Source of the DNA: a virus
Lineage: Duplodnaviria > Caudoviricetes
Virus record (IMG/VR): IMGVR_UViG_3300033153_003782
Location: 1 to 50,679 of that record
Strand: one strand, 5' to 3'
Length of the DNA: 50,679 nucleotides
Position 1 is the stretch's first letter. The number at the start of each line of letters is the position of its first letter. Position numbers and translations under genes: made by a program. The notes beneath the pieces were generated by a model, which saw nothing but the letters and a program-made list of their open reading frames with translations, had not been told where the DNA came from and ran no database searches. Positions 15,725 to 25,215 of the stretch are shown here, in pieces.

Positions 15725-17374
15725 TTATTTCCATGTGTGACTCTCCATTTTTTGCTGTAGTGTTTCGGCGTCTTTCGTTCCGAGCGCCTGGGCGCTCATT
15801 ACGTCTACACCGTAATTGAAATAAAATCTCCTGTAGCTTTCCGAGTCGGTCCGCCCCTGCTCGCGCTGGAAGCCGCCCCATAACGATATAACGTGCCGTA
15901 ACGCCGCTTGAGCTCCCTTATGCGCGGCGTGGCGTTTGACTCCGGCCAGTTGCCCCACAAGTGGCACCCGGCGCGCTACGAGCCGCGCGCGGTAGTCTTC
16001 GTTGTCCATGTCCACAGATTCAACAGCGGCGCGCATGGCGGCGAGGGTCTCGGCGTCCAGTTCGTGGAGATCGCCGTCGACAAATTCCGCCGAGCTACGC
16101 GCCACGGGGACCATAACGAAGCCGCAGTATGGACATGCTTTGTGGACTTTCTCATAAACCCCGGTACAGCTCGGGCATGATCGCACCGGGATTACATCGT
16201 CGGGCGTTCCGCTGCTGCGCTTTTCCCTGCGGTCGAGGGACCACTCGCGGGGCGCGTCTGGTAATCCGTGGCGTATCACGTTATTAACATGATCGATAAT
16301 TAAAGCGTGTATTTTTCCTTTCATGATGCGTAGCGCACGACCAAACTGCTGGACGTAAAGCCCATAGCTGGCCGTCGGTCTTGCCATGATAACAACCTCA
16401 ATAGCTGGAAGGTCGAAGCCTTCGCCGAATAGGTCCACATTCACAAGCATCATAACTTGTCGTGCCTTAAAGCGGCGTAGCACTTCGGCGCGGATAGCCG
16501 GCTTGGTCTTGGCGCTCACAACTTCGGAACGAATGCCCGCCGCGTTGAACTGCGCACTTATATCCGTGGCTGTCTCCACGTCCGTGGCGAACGTTACGCC
16601 CAGTTTGCCGGGTGCTATTTTCTGATAGTGTTTAACTACGTCCCCGGTTATCTGCGAGGACCGCACGGCCTTTCGTACGCCGTCTTTGTTATAGTCCCCG
16701 GTCGCCTTGGACATTTTAACGTCGGATAGGTCGAGGTCGGAAGGTGGCGCAAAAATTCGATACTCCGCGAGGAACTCCCGGTCGATAAGTCCGCGCATAC
16801 TCGGCCCCTCGACCATGTCGTCGAATACCCCGTCCGCGTGTCGCCCAAGCCCTTTACCATCTGCGCGTAACGGTGTGGCCGTAACGCCTAGGCCGCGAGC
16901 GTTCGGGAATAACTGCACGGCTTTACCCCATTTGTTGCCGGGGTACGGCTGGGCCGTAATATGATGTGCCTCATCGATCACCCACAAAGAAACACTAGCC
17001 AGCCAGTCGCCCAGCTCGTCGACGCGGCGGACTATCGTATCGACACCGGCCACGGCGACCCGAGACGCCGGCTCATACCATGACCGGCCCGTCTCGGCTA
17101 TGTGCTGTGAAACTATAAATTTTATTATATTGTTTGGAGCTATTAAACGGTGTCGCACGCCGTTAACGGCTAGGGCTAAAGATATCTGACTTACAAGCTC
17201 TTGCCTGTGGGCTATAACCGCCGCCGAGCCGGTATTCTCCTTTATTATATTGGATAAGAGCACGGTCTTACCCGCGCCCGTCGGCATAACTGCCAAGACG
17301 TTACGCGAACCCGCCGCCCAAGACGCGAGTATATCGTTTTTGACTGATATTTGGTAATCTCTAAGTTTCATCAA
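15725..17374 (-). CDS. Superfamily 2 DEAH helicase with Zn finger
   Basis: MPTGAGKT, DEAHH, TATP, EGFDLP, QQFGRALR; CPSC..CPYC. Confidence 0.92.
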   Translation of the reverse strand: MMKLRDYQISVKNDILASWAAGSRNVLAVMPTGAGKTVLLSNIIKENTGSAAVIAHRQELVSQISLALAVNGVRHRLIAPNNIIKFIVSQHIAETGRSWYEPASRVAVAGVDTIVRRVDELGDWLASVSLWVIDEAHHITAQPYPGNKWGKAVQLFPNARGLGVTATPLRADGKGLGRHADGVFDDMVEGPSMRGLIDREFLAEYRIFAPPSDLDLSDVKMSKATGDYNKDGVRKAVRSSQITGDVVKHYQKIAPGKLGVTFATDVETATDISAQFNAAGIRSEVVSAKTKPAIRAEVLRRFKARQVMMLVNVDLFGEGFDLPAIEVVIMARPTASYGLYVQQFGRALRIMKGKIHALIIDHVNNVIRHGLPDAPREWSLDRREKRSSGTPDDVIPVRSCPSCTGVYEKVHKACPYCGFVMVPVARSSAEFVDGDLHELDAETLAAMRAAVESVDMDNEDYRARLVARRVPLVGQLAGVKRHAAHKGAQAALRHVISLWGGFQREQGRTDSESYRRFYFNYGVDVMSAQALGTKDAETLQQKMESHTWK

Positions 17375-17392
17375 ATTTCCTGTTGTTATGCC

Positions 17393-17420
17393 TTGACCGT
17401 ACCGTCAACGGTGCTAATGT
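17393..17420 (+). promoter_or_regulatory. Class II promoter TTGACC-N16-TAATGT (extended -10) for the rightward replication operon
   Basis: Same spacer palindrome as 14908..14935. Confidence 0.7.
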
Positions 17421-17454
17421 CAACCATAACAACAACGAAAAAGGAAGGAAAAAT

Positions 17455-18378
17455 ATGTCAGAATCAATATCCCTCACAATTCCCGCAACGCCGTTAGCGT
17501 GCTCCATCTTCGGCGCCGCAATCGACGCTTACGGTAAATCACTGGTCGCAGCGATGCCCCCGGCACCTGCGCCACAGCCAGTGGCTATCGCCGACCTACC
17601 AACTGAGGCGGAGATTTTCGGTAATGCCCCCATGGGCGTACCTTACACCGACGCCCCGGAAGAAGTAACGGTAAATAAAGGCGCCTCTGTCGGTAAGCCT
17701 GCAGTCCGAGAAATGACCCTAGAAGACATTAACAGCGGCGTTGAGCAGACTATTAACGGCCATGGTCAAATAGTACTAGACGACGAGCCAATAGTCGTTA
17801 ACCTACCGGGAGTCGTTCACAATGTGGATATCACCATCGACGAAAAAGTGGTACTCCCTTCCGTAGTATTGAACCCCATCGCCCCGCCGATAGCCTCCCC
17901 GCTGGTACTGGTTGGCCCTGGCACCATCGTGCCGGAACTCGACAGCGCGGGCTTTCCGTGGGACGAGCGTATCCATGCCACAACAAAAACAAAAATGAAG
18001 GACTTAACTTGGAAAAAAGCCCGCGGCGTTGACCCGGCTCTAGTCGACCAGGTACGGGCAGAAACTAAAGACGTTCCTTTCGCCCCGGGCTCAACCCTCA
18101 CCCCACCGCCCGTTATGCCCCCGGAAGTTGCGGCCCAACTCACCCCCGTAGCCCCACCGGTCGCGACGTCGCCGGCACTTGACAGCGCGCTAACGTTCCC
18201 CGGTCTTATGACGGGCATCACTGGCGCGGTAAAGTCTGGCCGTTGCACTCAAGCAGCTATCGACGCGGTCGTGGCGCATGTTTGCGAGACGCTAGAAATC
18301 GATAGCATTGTGGTCTTATGCCAACGCCCCGAACTGCTCGACGCGGCGTACTCAATGATTAAGCCGGCTATAAGCTAG
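17455..18378 (+). CDS. Pro/Val-rich conserved phage protein (start reassigned to MSESIS)
   Basis: AAGGAAGG SD; DSAGFPWDERIH...WKKARGV motif. Confidence 0.75.
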   Translation: MSESISLTIPATPLACSIFGAAIDAYGKSLVAAMPPAPAPQPVAIADLPTEAEIFGNAPMGVPYTDAPEEVTVNKGASVGKPAVREMTLEDINSGVEQTINGHGQIVLDDEPIVVNLPGVVHNVDITIDEKVVLPSVVLNPIAPPIASPLVLVGPGTIVPELDSAGFPWDERIHATTKTKMKDLTWKKARGVDPALVDQVRAETKDVPFAPGSTLTPPPVMPPEVAAQLTPVAPPVATSPALDSALTFPGLMTGITGAVKSGRCTQAAIDAVVAHVCETLEIDSIVVLCQRPELLDAAYSMIKPAIS

Positions 18379-19541
18379 TGGACCACTCGCCAATAGCGCC
18401 AAGCTCCGCCAGTGTGTGGGGCAAGCCGGGCGGCTGCACGGGCTCTGTGTCCATGCAGCAACGCTACCCCGAGGACGAGGCTATAGGCCCCGCCGCGGAA
18501 GGTACGGCGGCGCATGAGATCGCCGACCAGCTATGCGTACCCGCGAACCCCACCGAAAAAGTAAGCTTTAAGTACTTTGCGGGTCGAGCTGCCAGTAACG
18601 GCGTAATGTTCACGGAGGAAATGTTCGACGCGGCGGTGGTGCACTTTGACTCTGTGCGTGCCTTAGTTGCTTCCGATACGGCCCCCGTGGCCGGCTCGGA
18701 GACCCCGCTTAAAATGGCGAGCATTCACCCGCTAGCATACGGAACTTGTGACGCTTGGGTATATTTACCGGAAACAAAAACGCTATACATAATAGATTTT
18801 AAGTATGGCTACGGCATTGTCGAGGTTTTCGAAAATTACCAGTTGTTACTATATGTTGCGGGCGTTCTGCACGAACTCGAGAACCGTGTCGGCCGGATCG
18901 CTGGCCCGCGTGGGTCTCTTAAGATAGTAATGCGGATAGTTCAACCTCGTGCATATCATGAGGACGGGCCGGTCCGCGATTGGGAAATCGACGCGGTCGA
19001 CTTGTTGCCCTACTTCGAGACGCTAAAACGCAACGCACATATAGCATTGTCAGACGCGGCGAGTGTCGTATCGGGTGAGCACTGCGAATATTGCAGCGGT
19101 CGCCATGCATGTAAAGCGGCGCAACGTGCAGCACTCTCTTGTGTGGACTATGTCGGAAAGCCTACCCCGTTGGAGTTAGACGGCGACGCCTTGGGCTCGG
19201 AGTATGCTTTAATGAAGCGGGCCGAGTCGGCCATAAAAAACCGTTTGTCTGGACTTGAGGCGCAAGCCGAGGGACTACTGAGAAGCGGCGAAACGGTCCG
19301 CGGCTTATCGCTAGGACCGGGCCGAGGCTCGACTAAGTGGACACATGAAAAAGACGAACTTTTCGCCCTTGGCGATATGCTAGGCACGGACTTAAGGAAG
19401 CCGGCCGCAACGATCACACCAACACAAGCAAAAGACGCCGGCATGGACGCCGCGCTAGTAGCAGCTTATTCGGAAAAAATACCGGGTAAACTTAAAGTAA
19501 AAATCGATAATATAAACAAAGCAAAAAGGATATTCGGATAA
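18378..19541 (+). CDS. DUF2800 / Cas4-like PD-(D/E)XK exonuclease
   Basis: PSSA..W...C.GS, EGTAAHE, GTCD, IIDFKYG.G, QL..Y, IVQPR, G.HC.YC....C. Confidence 0.88.
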   Translation: MDHSPIAPSSASVWGKPGGCTGSVSMQQRYPEDEAIGPAAEGTAAHEIADQLCVPANPTEKVSFKYFAGRAASNGVMFTEEMFDAAVVHFDSVRALVASDTAPVAGSETPLKMASIHPLAYGTCDAWVYLPETKTLYIIDFKYGYGIVEVFENYQLLLYVAGVLHELENRVGRIAGPRGSLKIVMRIVQPRAYHEDGPVRDWEIDAVDLLPYFETLKRNAHIALSDAASVVSGEHCEYCSGRHACKAAQRAALSCVDYVGKPTPLELDGDALGSEYALMKRAESAIKNRLSGLEAQAEGLLRSGETVRGLSLGPGRGSTKWTHEKDELFALGDMLGTDLRKPAATITPTQAKDAGMDAALVAAYSEKIPGKLKVKIDNINKAKRIFG

Positions 19542-20059
19542 TGATACTCACGGGGCTTAAAACCCAATACCTAAAAACACTGACGATCACTTCAGAGGCC
19601 GAAGCTCTTGAAGCTGTGAAGCGTAACGGCTATTCTCTTCGCTACGTCAAGGAACAGACCGAGGCCGAAGCTCTTGAAGCTGTGAAGCGTAACGGCTATT
19701 CTCTTCAGTACGTCAAGGAACAGACCGAGGCTGTCTGTCTTGAAGCTGTGAAGCGTAACGGCGATTCTCTTCAGTACGTCAAGGAACAGACCGAGGCTGT
19801 CTGTCTTGAAGCTGTGAAGGAAGACGGCGATTCTCTTCAGTACGTCAAGGAACAGACCGAGGCTGTCTGTCTTGAAGCTGTGAAGGAAGACGGCGATTCT
19901 CTTCGCTACGTCAAGGAACAGACCGAGGCTGTCTGTCTTGAAGCTGTGAAGCGTAACGGCGATTCTCTTCGCTACGTCAAGGAACAGACCGAGGCTGTCT
20001 GTCTTGAAGCTGTGAAGCGTAACGGCGATTCTCTTCGCTACGTCAAGATTTTTAAATAA
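19541..20059 (+). CDS. DUF4116-type tandem repeat protein
   Basis: Seven 22-aa EAVK.nG.SL.YVKEQTE.vCL units. Confidence 0.8.
   Translation: MILTGLKTQYLKTLTITSEAEALEAVKRNGYSLRYVKEQTEAEALEAVKRNGYSLQYVKEQTEAVCLEAVKRNGDSLQYVKEQTEAVCLEAVKEDGDSLQYVKEQTEAVCLEAVKEDGDSLRYVKEQTEAVCLEAVKRNGDSLRYVKEQTEAVCLEAVKRNGDSLRYVKIFK
19595..20047 (+). repeat. 66-nt tandem repeat, ~6.9 copies
   Basis: Units start at 19595, 19661, 19727, 19793, 19859, 19925 and 19991. Confidence 0.95.
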
Positions 20060-20080
20060 CACAAACAAAGGAAAAAGATA

Positions 20081-21013
20081 ATGGATAGAAATTTTTTAAC
20101 TCCAGTAGGCAGACTCGTAGCAGGTAACGTATTTACACCAAACACAACGGACAACCAAGGCAAGCCACTACTAATTAAAAGTGGCCCGAATATCGGCCAG
20201 CCGACGCAAGATTTTTTTATTGCCCTTGCCATTCCTAAAAACGATCCGGGTTGGCCTGCACTCGAGGCGCAGATAAAAGCCATTGGCGTGGCGGACTTCC
20301 CCGGCGGCGAAACTGCGCGCCCGGATTTCGCATGGAAAATCGACGACGGCGACAGCACTGTACTAAATAAGGCTAACAAAAAGAATTGTGATAAACAAGG
20401 ATACCCGGGCCACTGGGTTATACGCTTCGGCGGCTCGTTCGCTCCGCAGGTGTACAGCACGGGCGCTACTGAGCTATTGACCGACCCCGAGCGCATTAAA
20501 CGCGGTTATTATATCCGGGTGTACGGTTCGTGTAAAGGTAATAGCAATCCGCAGATGCCGAGCGTGTACCTGAACCCAAGTATGGTCGAGTTTATCGGAT
20601 ACGGCGAAGAGTTAACAAGCGGCCCGGACGGCGCGGCCATTTTCGGCGGCGCACCAGTCGCAGCGCTACCCGCCGGAGCAAGTGCTACGCCATTGGCACC
20701 AGCTACACCATTGGCCGCGCCGGTCGCAGCCGCGCCGGTCGCAGCCGCGCCGGTCGCAGCCGCGCCGGTCGCAGCCGCGCCGAACCCTCCAGCGGTCGCA
20801 CCGGTCGCAGCCGCACCGGTCGGACCCCCAGCTACGACGATGCCCGCGCCGGATTTCCTCGCGCCGCCAGTCGCGCCAGTCGCGCCAGTCGCGGTAGTTG
20901 CCCCGGTTGACCCCGAGTATATGCACAACGGTGTTGTGGTTAAACAGTCTCAGCTCATAGGCTGGACGCCTGAGCAGATAGCGACGCTCACGCCCGTAGA
21001 AATACCGTTCTAA
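20081..21013 (+). CDS. ssDNA-binding protein (DUF2815-like) with long Ala/Pro linker
   Basis: TPVGRL, KIDDGD, GYPGHW, GYY.RV, VYLN motifs; C-terminal EIPF; located between DUF2800 and the polymerase. Confidence 0.75.
   Translation: MDRNFLTPVGRLVAGNVFTPNTTDNQGKPLLIKSGPNIGQPTQDFFIALAIPKNDPGWPALEAQIKAIGVADFPGGETARPDFAWKIDDGDSTVLNKANKKNCDKQGYPGHWVIRFGGSFAPQVYSTGATELLTDPERIKRGYYIRVYGSCKGNSNPQMPSVYLNPSMVEFIGYGEELTSGPDGAAIFGGAPVAALPAGASATPLAPATPLAAPVAAAPVAAAPVAAAPVAAAPNPPAVAPVAAAPVGPPATTMPAPDFLAPPVAPVAPVAVVAPVDPEYMHNGVVVKQSQLIGWTPEQIATLTPVEIPF
20714..20782 (+). repeat. 15-nt tandem repeat GCCGCGCCGGTCGCA (AAPVA), ~4.6 copies
   Basis: Seen directly. Confidence 0.9.
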
Positions 21014-21030
21014 ATTAAACTAGGCCCGAC

Positions 21031-21240
21031 ATGACACCAGAAGAAATAGAAAAATATGAGGCGGTCGAAGTCGGGCTGATACCTATACTGGTGGTAGACG
21101 CCCACGGCTGGCGTCTGCTTATCCGTAAGGACACCATAGACCCCGAGAAGGTTCTCCGCTCGTTAGTTAACGCGGAGTTAGAAGCCGCAGCGATGCAAAT
21201 TTTTATGTATCACCACATTATAAGGAAATTACGCGAATGA
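21031..21240 (+). CDS. Hypothetical protein
   Basis: ATGA coupling to the polymerase gene. Confidence 0.6.
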   Translation: MTPEEIEKYEAVEVGLIPILVVDAHGWRLLIRKDTIDPEKVLRSLVNAELEAAAMQIFMYHHIIRKLRE

Positions 21241-23357
21241 CCCCAACACTCGGACACCAGACCCCCGCCGGTATGGGCGTCTCAACCGTCCTGGCCGACT
21301 TCGATTTTGAAACATACAGCGAGGCGGGCTATATTTGGAACGGCAAGCGGTGGGGCGCACTGCAAGGCACTAACAGCGGTATAAAAGCCGTAGGGGCCGC
21401 AGCATACGCCGAACACCCTAGCACCGAGGTATTATCACTCGCGTATGACTTAAAGGACGGCAGCGGCCCGCAATTGTGGTTTCCTGGTATGCCGGACCCG
21501 GTCGCACTGTTTAACCATTTCAAGGACGGAAAAAATGTCGAAGCGTGGAACGCAATGTTTGAATTTCATATCTGGCAAGCGGTATGCGTCGAGCGTATGG
21601 GTTGGCCCCCAATCCACCTCGACCAGTTACGTTGTGCAATGGCAAAAAGTCGGGCGTATTCAATGCCCGGAAAACTTAGCGACGCGGCGCGAGTCGTTGG
21701 CGCAGAAGTACAGAAGGAAAAGGAAGGGAAGCGACTTATTAAAAAATTCTGTTGCCCCCGGACGCCTACGAAAAAAGACCCCCGAAAGCGTATCGCGACA
21801 ACTCAAGACCCTGCGGATGCTACGAACCTTTACGCGTACAATATTTACGATATCCAAGCCGAGGCCGCAACGTCGGCGTTAATGCCCGACCTGCAGCCCG
21901 TCGAGCTTGAATTGTGGAAATTAGATCACAAAATTAATCAACGCGGCGTTAATATCGACATGTCCGCGCTTATGGACTTGCGCGAACTGCTCGCACAGGC
22001 ACGAATTAAATATAACGCCGAGCTCTTGGCGCTTACGGGCGGCGCGGTCGATAAGGCCACAAAAAATGCCGAGCTTAAAAAGTGGCTTGAGTCCCGCGGT
22101 ACTTTCCTGCCGAATATGCAAAAAGGAACTTTAGAGGAACGCGCCGCGCTACCCTTTAACCCTCCCGACGTGGCACGGGCGCTGTGGATACGTTTATCCC
22201 TCGGCTCGTCAAGTGTCGCAAAGCTTGAGGCTATATTTAATCGGCTGTCCAAGGACGGCCGGCTACGGGATCTTTTCGCATTCTGCGGCGCGGATCGCAC
22301 GGGCCGTTTTGCCGGTCGCGGACCGCAGCCCCAAAACCTGCCCAACAGTGGGCCGACTAAAGACTGGGATATACACGCCGTCGAAAAGTTCCTCGAGGTG
22401 GCACGCTCTCGAGACCTTGACATGGCCGAGCAATTGCACGGTGACGTCATCGCCGCAATTTCCGGGAGCCTCCGCGCGTTATTCTGCGCCGGTCCGGGTA
22501 ATGAATTTATTTGCTCTGACTACTCAGCTATTGAGGCGGTAGTTATTGCCGAGCTTGCCGGCGAGCAGTGGCGAATTGACGTTTTTAACGGACACGGTAA
22601 AATCTACGAAATGTCCGCGGCTAAAATTACAGGCATTGCATTTGAGGAATTCGTGGCCTACAAGCGTGACACGGGAGACCATCACCCCGCGCGTAAAAAG
22701 ATTGGTAAAGTCGCAGAACTGGCGAGCGCTTACGGTGGTGGCCTTGGCGCGTGGAAAGCATTTGGCGCCGACGCTTTCATGGACGACAACGAGATACGCG
22801 ATAACGTGAAGCTATGGCGTAAAGAGTCGCCACAAATCGTTAAATTCTGGTATGGTCTGCAGGACGCCGCCACCTTAGCCATTCAAAACCCTGGGACATA
22901 TAACACCTACCGCGACATAATGTACATAATGCGCGGCGATGTACTGTTTTGTAAACTCCCGTCCGGCCGTTACTTACATTACCACTTGCCACGGTTGGAA
23001 GCGGGCGAAACGTCTTGGGGCAAGCCGACTTTAGAAATCACATATATGGGCCACAATTCGGACAGTAAAAAAGGCCCGGTTGGTTGGTTCCGTTTGCGTA
23101 CCTGGGGCGGAAAGCTCGCGGAGAACGTCACACAAGCCGTGGCGCGTGACTTGTTAACGTTTGCTATGCCTCTTGTGGAGTCTGGCGGATACCCTATCGT
23201 CCTGCACGTTCACGACGAGCTTATAAGCGAAGTCCCGGCTGGCTACGGCACCATAGAGGAATATGAGCAGTTAATGGGCTCTTTACCTCCATGGGCCGCG
23301 CACTGGCCGGTAAAAGCCGCCGGCGGTTGGCGCGGGCAGCGATACCGGAAGGATTAG
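21237..23357 (+). CDS. Family A DNA polymerase with 3'-5' exonuclease
   Basis: DFETYS, AWNAMFE, TGRF, DYSAIE, R...KVAELASAYG, ENVTQA.ARD, HVHDE. Confidence 0.93.
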   Translation: MTPTLGHQTPAGMGVSTVLADFDFETYSEAGYIWNGKRWGALQGTNSGIKAVGAAAYAEHPSTEVLSLAYDLKDGSGPQLWFPGMPDPVALFNHFKDGKNVEAWNAMFEFHIWQAVCVERMGWPPIHLDQLRCAMAKSRAYSMPGKLSDAARVVGAEVQKEKEGKRLIKKFCCPRTPTKKDPRKRIATTQDPADATNLYAYNIYDIQAEAATSALMPDLQPVELELWKLDHKINQRGVNIDMSALMDLRELLAQARIKYNAELLALTGGAVDKATKNAELKKWLESRGTFLPNMQKGTLEERAALPFNPPDVARALWIRLSLGSSSVAKLEAIFNRLSKDGRLRDLFAFCGADRTGRFAGRGPQPQNLPNSGPTKDWDIHAVEKFLEVARSRDLDMAEQLHGDVIAAISGSLRALFCAGPGNEFICSDYSAIEAVVIAELAGEQWRIDVFNGHGKIYEMSAAKITGIAFEEFVAYKRDTGDHHPARKKIGKVAELASAYGGGLGAWKAFGADAFMDDNEIRDNVKLWRKESPQIVKFWYGLQDAATLAIQNPGTYNTYRDIMYIMRGDVLFCKLPSGRYLHYHLPRLEAGETSWGKPTLEITYMGHNSDSKKGPVGWFRLRTWGGKLAENVTQAVARDLLTFAMPLVESGGYPIVLHVHDELISEVPAGYGTIEEYEQLMGSLPPWAAHWPVKAAGGWRGQRYRKD

Positions 23358-24832
23358 GAAGCGCCCGAGCTTATACGCTGGATCATAATTGATCGGGCGT
23401 CTAAGTTAAGCGACCCGGCGTCCGTGAAGACAAATATCCGCCCGTTATTCGCAAGGAATGCGTTTAGAGCGAATAGGGGTATCGATACCGCTACCGCCCT
23501 AGGGAAAGCATTCGGGGTTGCTACCGATGAAGTGAACACTGGTATAGTTATCCCCGCCGCGCCGCCGATATCAAAAACTATCGTCAAGATATTCGGGTTA
23601 CCCGACTTACTCCTCACGGTAAATGCAAGCCTAAGATTAAAAGAATCACCCAAAGTGATTGGCACCATTTCGTTTGTGCTGACATCCCACAATTCAGAAA
23701 TGCCACGAATGACACGGGGCGCAAAATCTGAATTTGAATTTGAACCAACGCCGTCAACCGAGAATTTAACCGGAGTAGTCCCGGCATTTTGGACAACTGT
23801 ATCACCGTCAACGTAAAACGCCCACCCCGAAGGGTTTATTCTATCACTGCCGTTTATATTGTTATTACCAATCGCTAGCCACCGTAAATCAAGCGGCGAT
23901 AGTCCGGTAGATATGACTGAGCCCGCGGTGGTGTTGTCTATTTTATTTTCAGTAATTGTGCCACCCCCAGAAGCCGTGATATTGCCATTATCGGGTGAAG
24001 CGGACAGGAACGTACTAGTGGCGGATAGTACAGACACACAATTATGTATTGAGATCGCCTCACTTAAACAACCGTTTAAATCAATATTAATGCCCACAAC
24101 ATCGACCTCGAATTGACAGAGATTAATTGACACATGAGTTATTATATTTGCTAGGCATATCCCCCTCTTACCACTAGTGAAGCCCACTAAATTAACTACG
24201 AGATTTTCATAATTATCAACGCAAAGTAAGTCCGTATTCGGTCCGCCAACAAGGCCCACGGAGTCCATTGTAAGGGCGTGAGTCGCGGCATTTACCGCAC
24301 TTAGAAGGCTGGACGCACTAAACCCTATTAAATTAAGATTTCGAAAGTCTATCGTTTTTTCAACTGTAATTAAGTTTTCCGTAGTTGTGGATATGAAGCC
24401 CACATTAGGAGACGCCCCGTACACCTGAACGCTAGCACCTTGGAAGACTAGTCGATCACCAGCCAAGTCGATAGTTGCGAAAATAGAATACCTGACGTCG
24501 GTATCAGGTAATGTTATCACCCCAGCTACTGGCGCGGGCAGGTCACTTTTAGTGAAAATTCGCCTCACTAGTACCCCGTCTGTGATATACTCGGCATCGT
24601 TAGCTAGTAAGCTTACGTTGTCTCCGTTCTGAAGGGCTGAGTCCGCCAACGCGCCTTGGGCGCTTGTTGCTTTCCCGTCAAGCGCCGCCTGTAGATCGGT
24701 TTGATCGGCTAACGTGCCGGTTATTCCGCCCCACGCCGAGGCGCCCCCCGGTGGCCCAGGTATCCCTTGCGGGCCGCGGGCGGAGACTGTTACCGTGTTA
24801 GTGTCTTTTGAAACTATGATTCTATTAGCCAT
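23354..24832 (-). CDS. Tail fibre/spike-like protein with probable beta-helix
   Basis: Short collagen GPQGIPGPPG, WGGITGTLADQTDLQAALDGK stalk motif, beta-rich body. Confidence 0.6.
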   Translation of the reverse strand: MANRIIVSKDTNTVTVSARGPQGIPGPPGGASAWGGITGTLADQTDLQAALDGKATSAQGALADSALQNGDNVSLLANDAEYITDGVLVRRIFTKSDLPAPVAGVITLPDTDVRYSIFATIDLAGDRLVFQGASVQVYGASPNVGFISTTTENLITVEKTIDFRNLNLIGFSASSLLSAVNAATHALTMDSVGLVGGPNTDLLCVDNYENLVVNLVGFTSGKRGICLANIITHVSINLCQFEVDVVGINIDLNGCLSEAISIHNCVSVLSATSTFLSASPDNGNITASGGGTITENKIDNTTAGSVISTGLSPLDLRWLAIGNNNINGSDRINPSGWAFYVDGDTVVQNAGTTPVKFSVDGVGSNSNSDFAPRVIRGISELWDVSTNEMVPITLGDSFNLRLAFTVRSKSGNPNILTIVFDIGGAAGITIPVFTSSVATPNAFPRAVAVSIPLFALNAFLANNGRIFVFTDAGSLNLDARSIMIQRISSGAS

Positions 24833-25215
24833 TAGGGTAACCTCTCTGCGAATTTAATTAAGCCGTATAAAAAAGTTGTTTCCTTGCCCGCGGGGTCAGT
24901 AATCACAATTTCGTAATTATAGTCCGTAGCCGTTGCGGTCGCTGTGTCGGCTTCGGTGATTACTATTTGAAAAACTCCCGTCGTCGGGTCCGCTAAGAAA
25001 ATGCCCGTCGTGTCTAAGTCGCCAACGACTCCCAACGTTAAAAAATTAACCGTTTCGGTGGCCAGCTTTATATTCATGGCCAGGTCAAAGCCCGTCAAGT
25101 CAATCGCGACCGGCGGCGTCGCGCCGTCATCGTAAACCATGTTAAGTAAATAGTCCCGGCCGATGTCCACAGAAAAACAATTGGCATCGGTTAACTCTAA
25201 ATTATTACAACTCAT
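24832..25215 (-). CDS. BppU-N-like fibre adaptor protein (start reassigned to MSCNNL)
   Basis: IDLTG...G.FQIVI...T....Y.YEI.......LYG pattern; GAGG SD. Confidence 0.55.
   Translation of the reverse strand: MSCNNLELTDANCFSVDIGRDYLLNMVYDDGATPPVAIDLTGFDLAMNIKLATETVNFLTLGVVGDLDTTGIFLADPTTGVFQIVITEADTATATATDYNYEIVITDPAGKETTFLYGLIKFAERLP

Noticed and set aside
19595-20047. 66-nt periodic repeat as a CRISPR array next to a Cas4-like gene
   Set aside because: No unique spacers; the units are contiguous, in frame and coding, and DUF2800 is a routine phage replication-module nuclease
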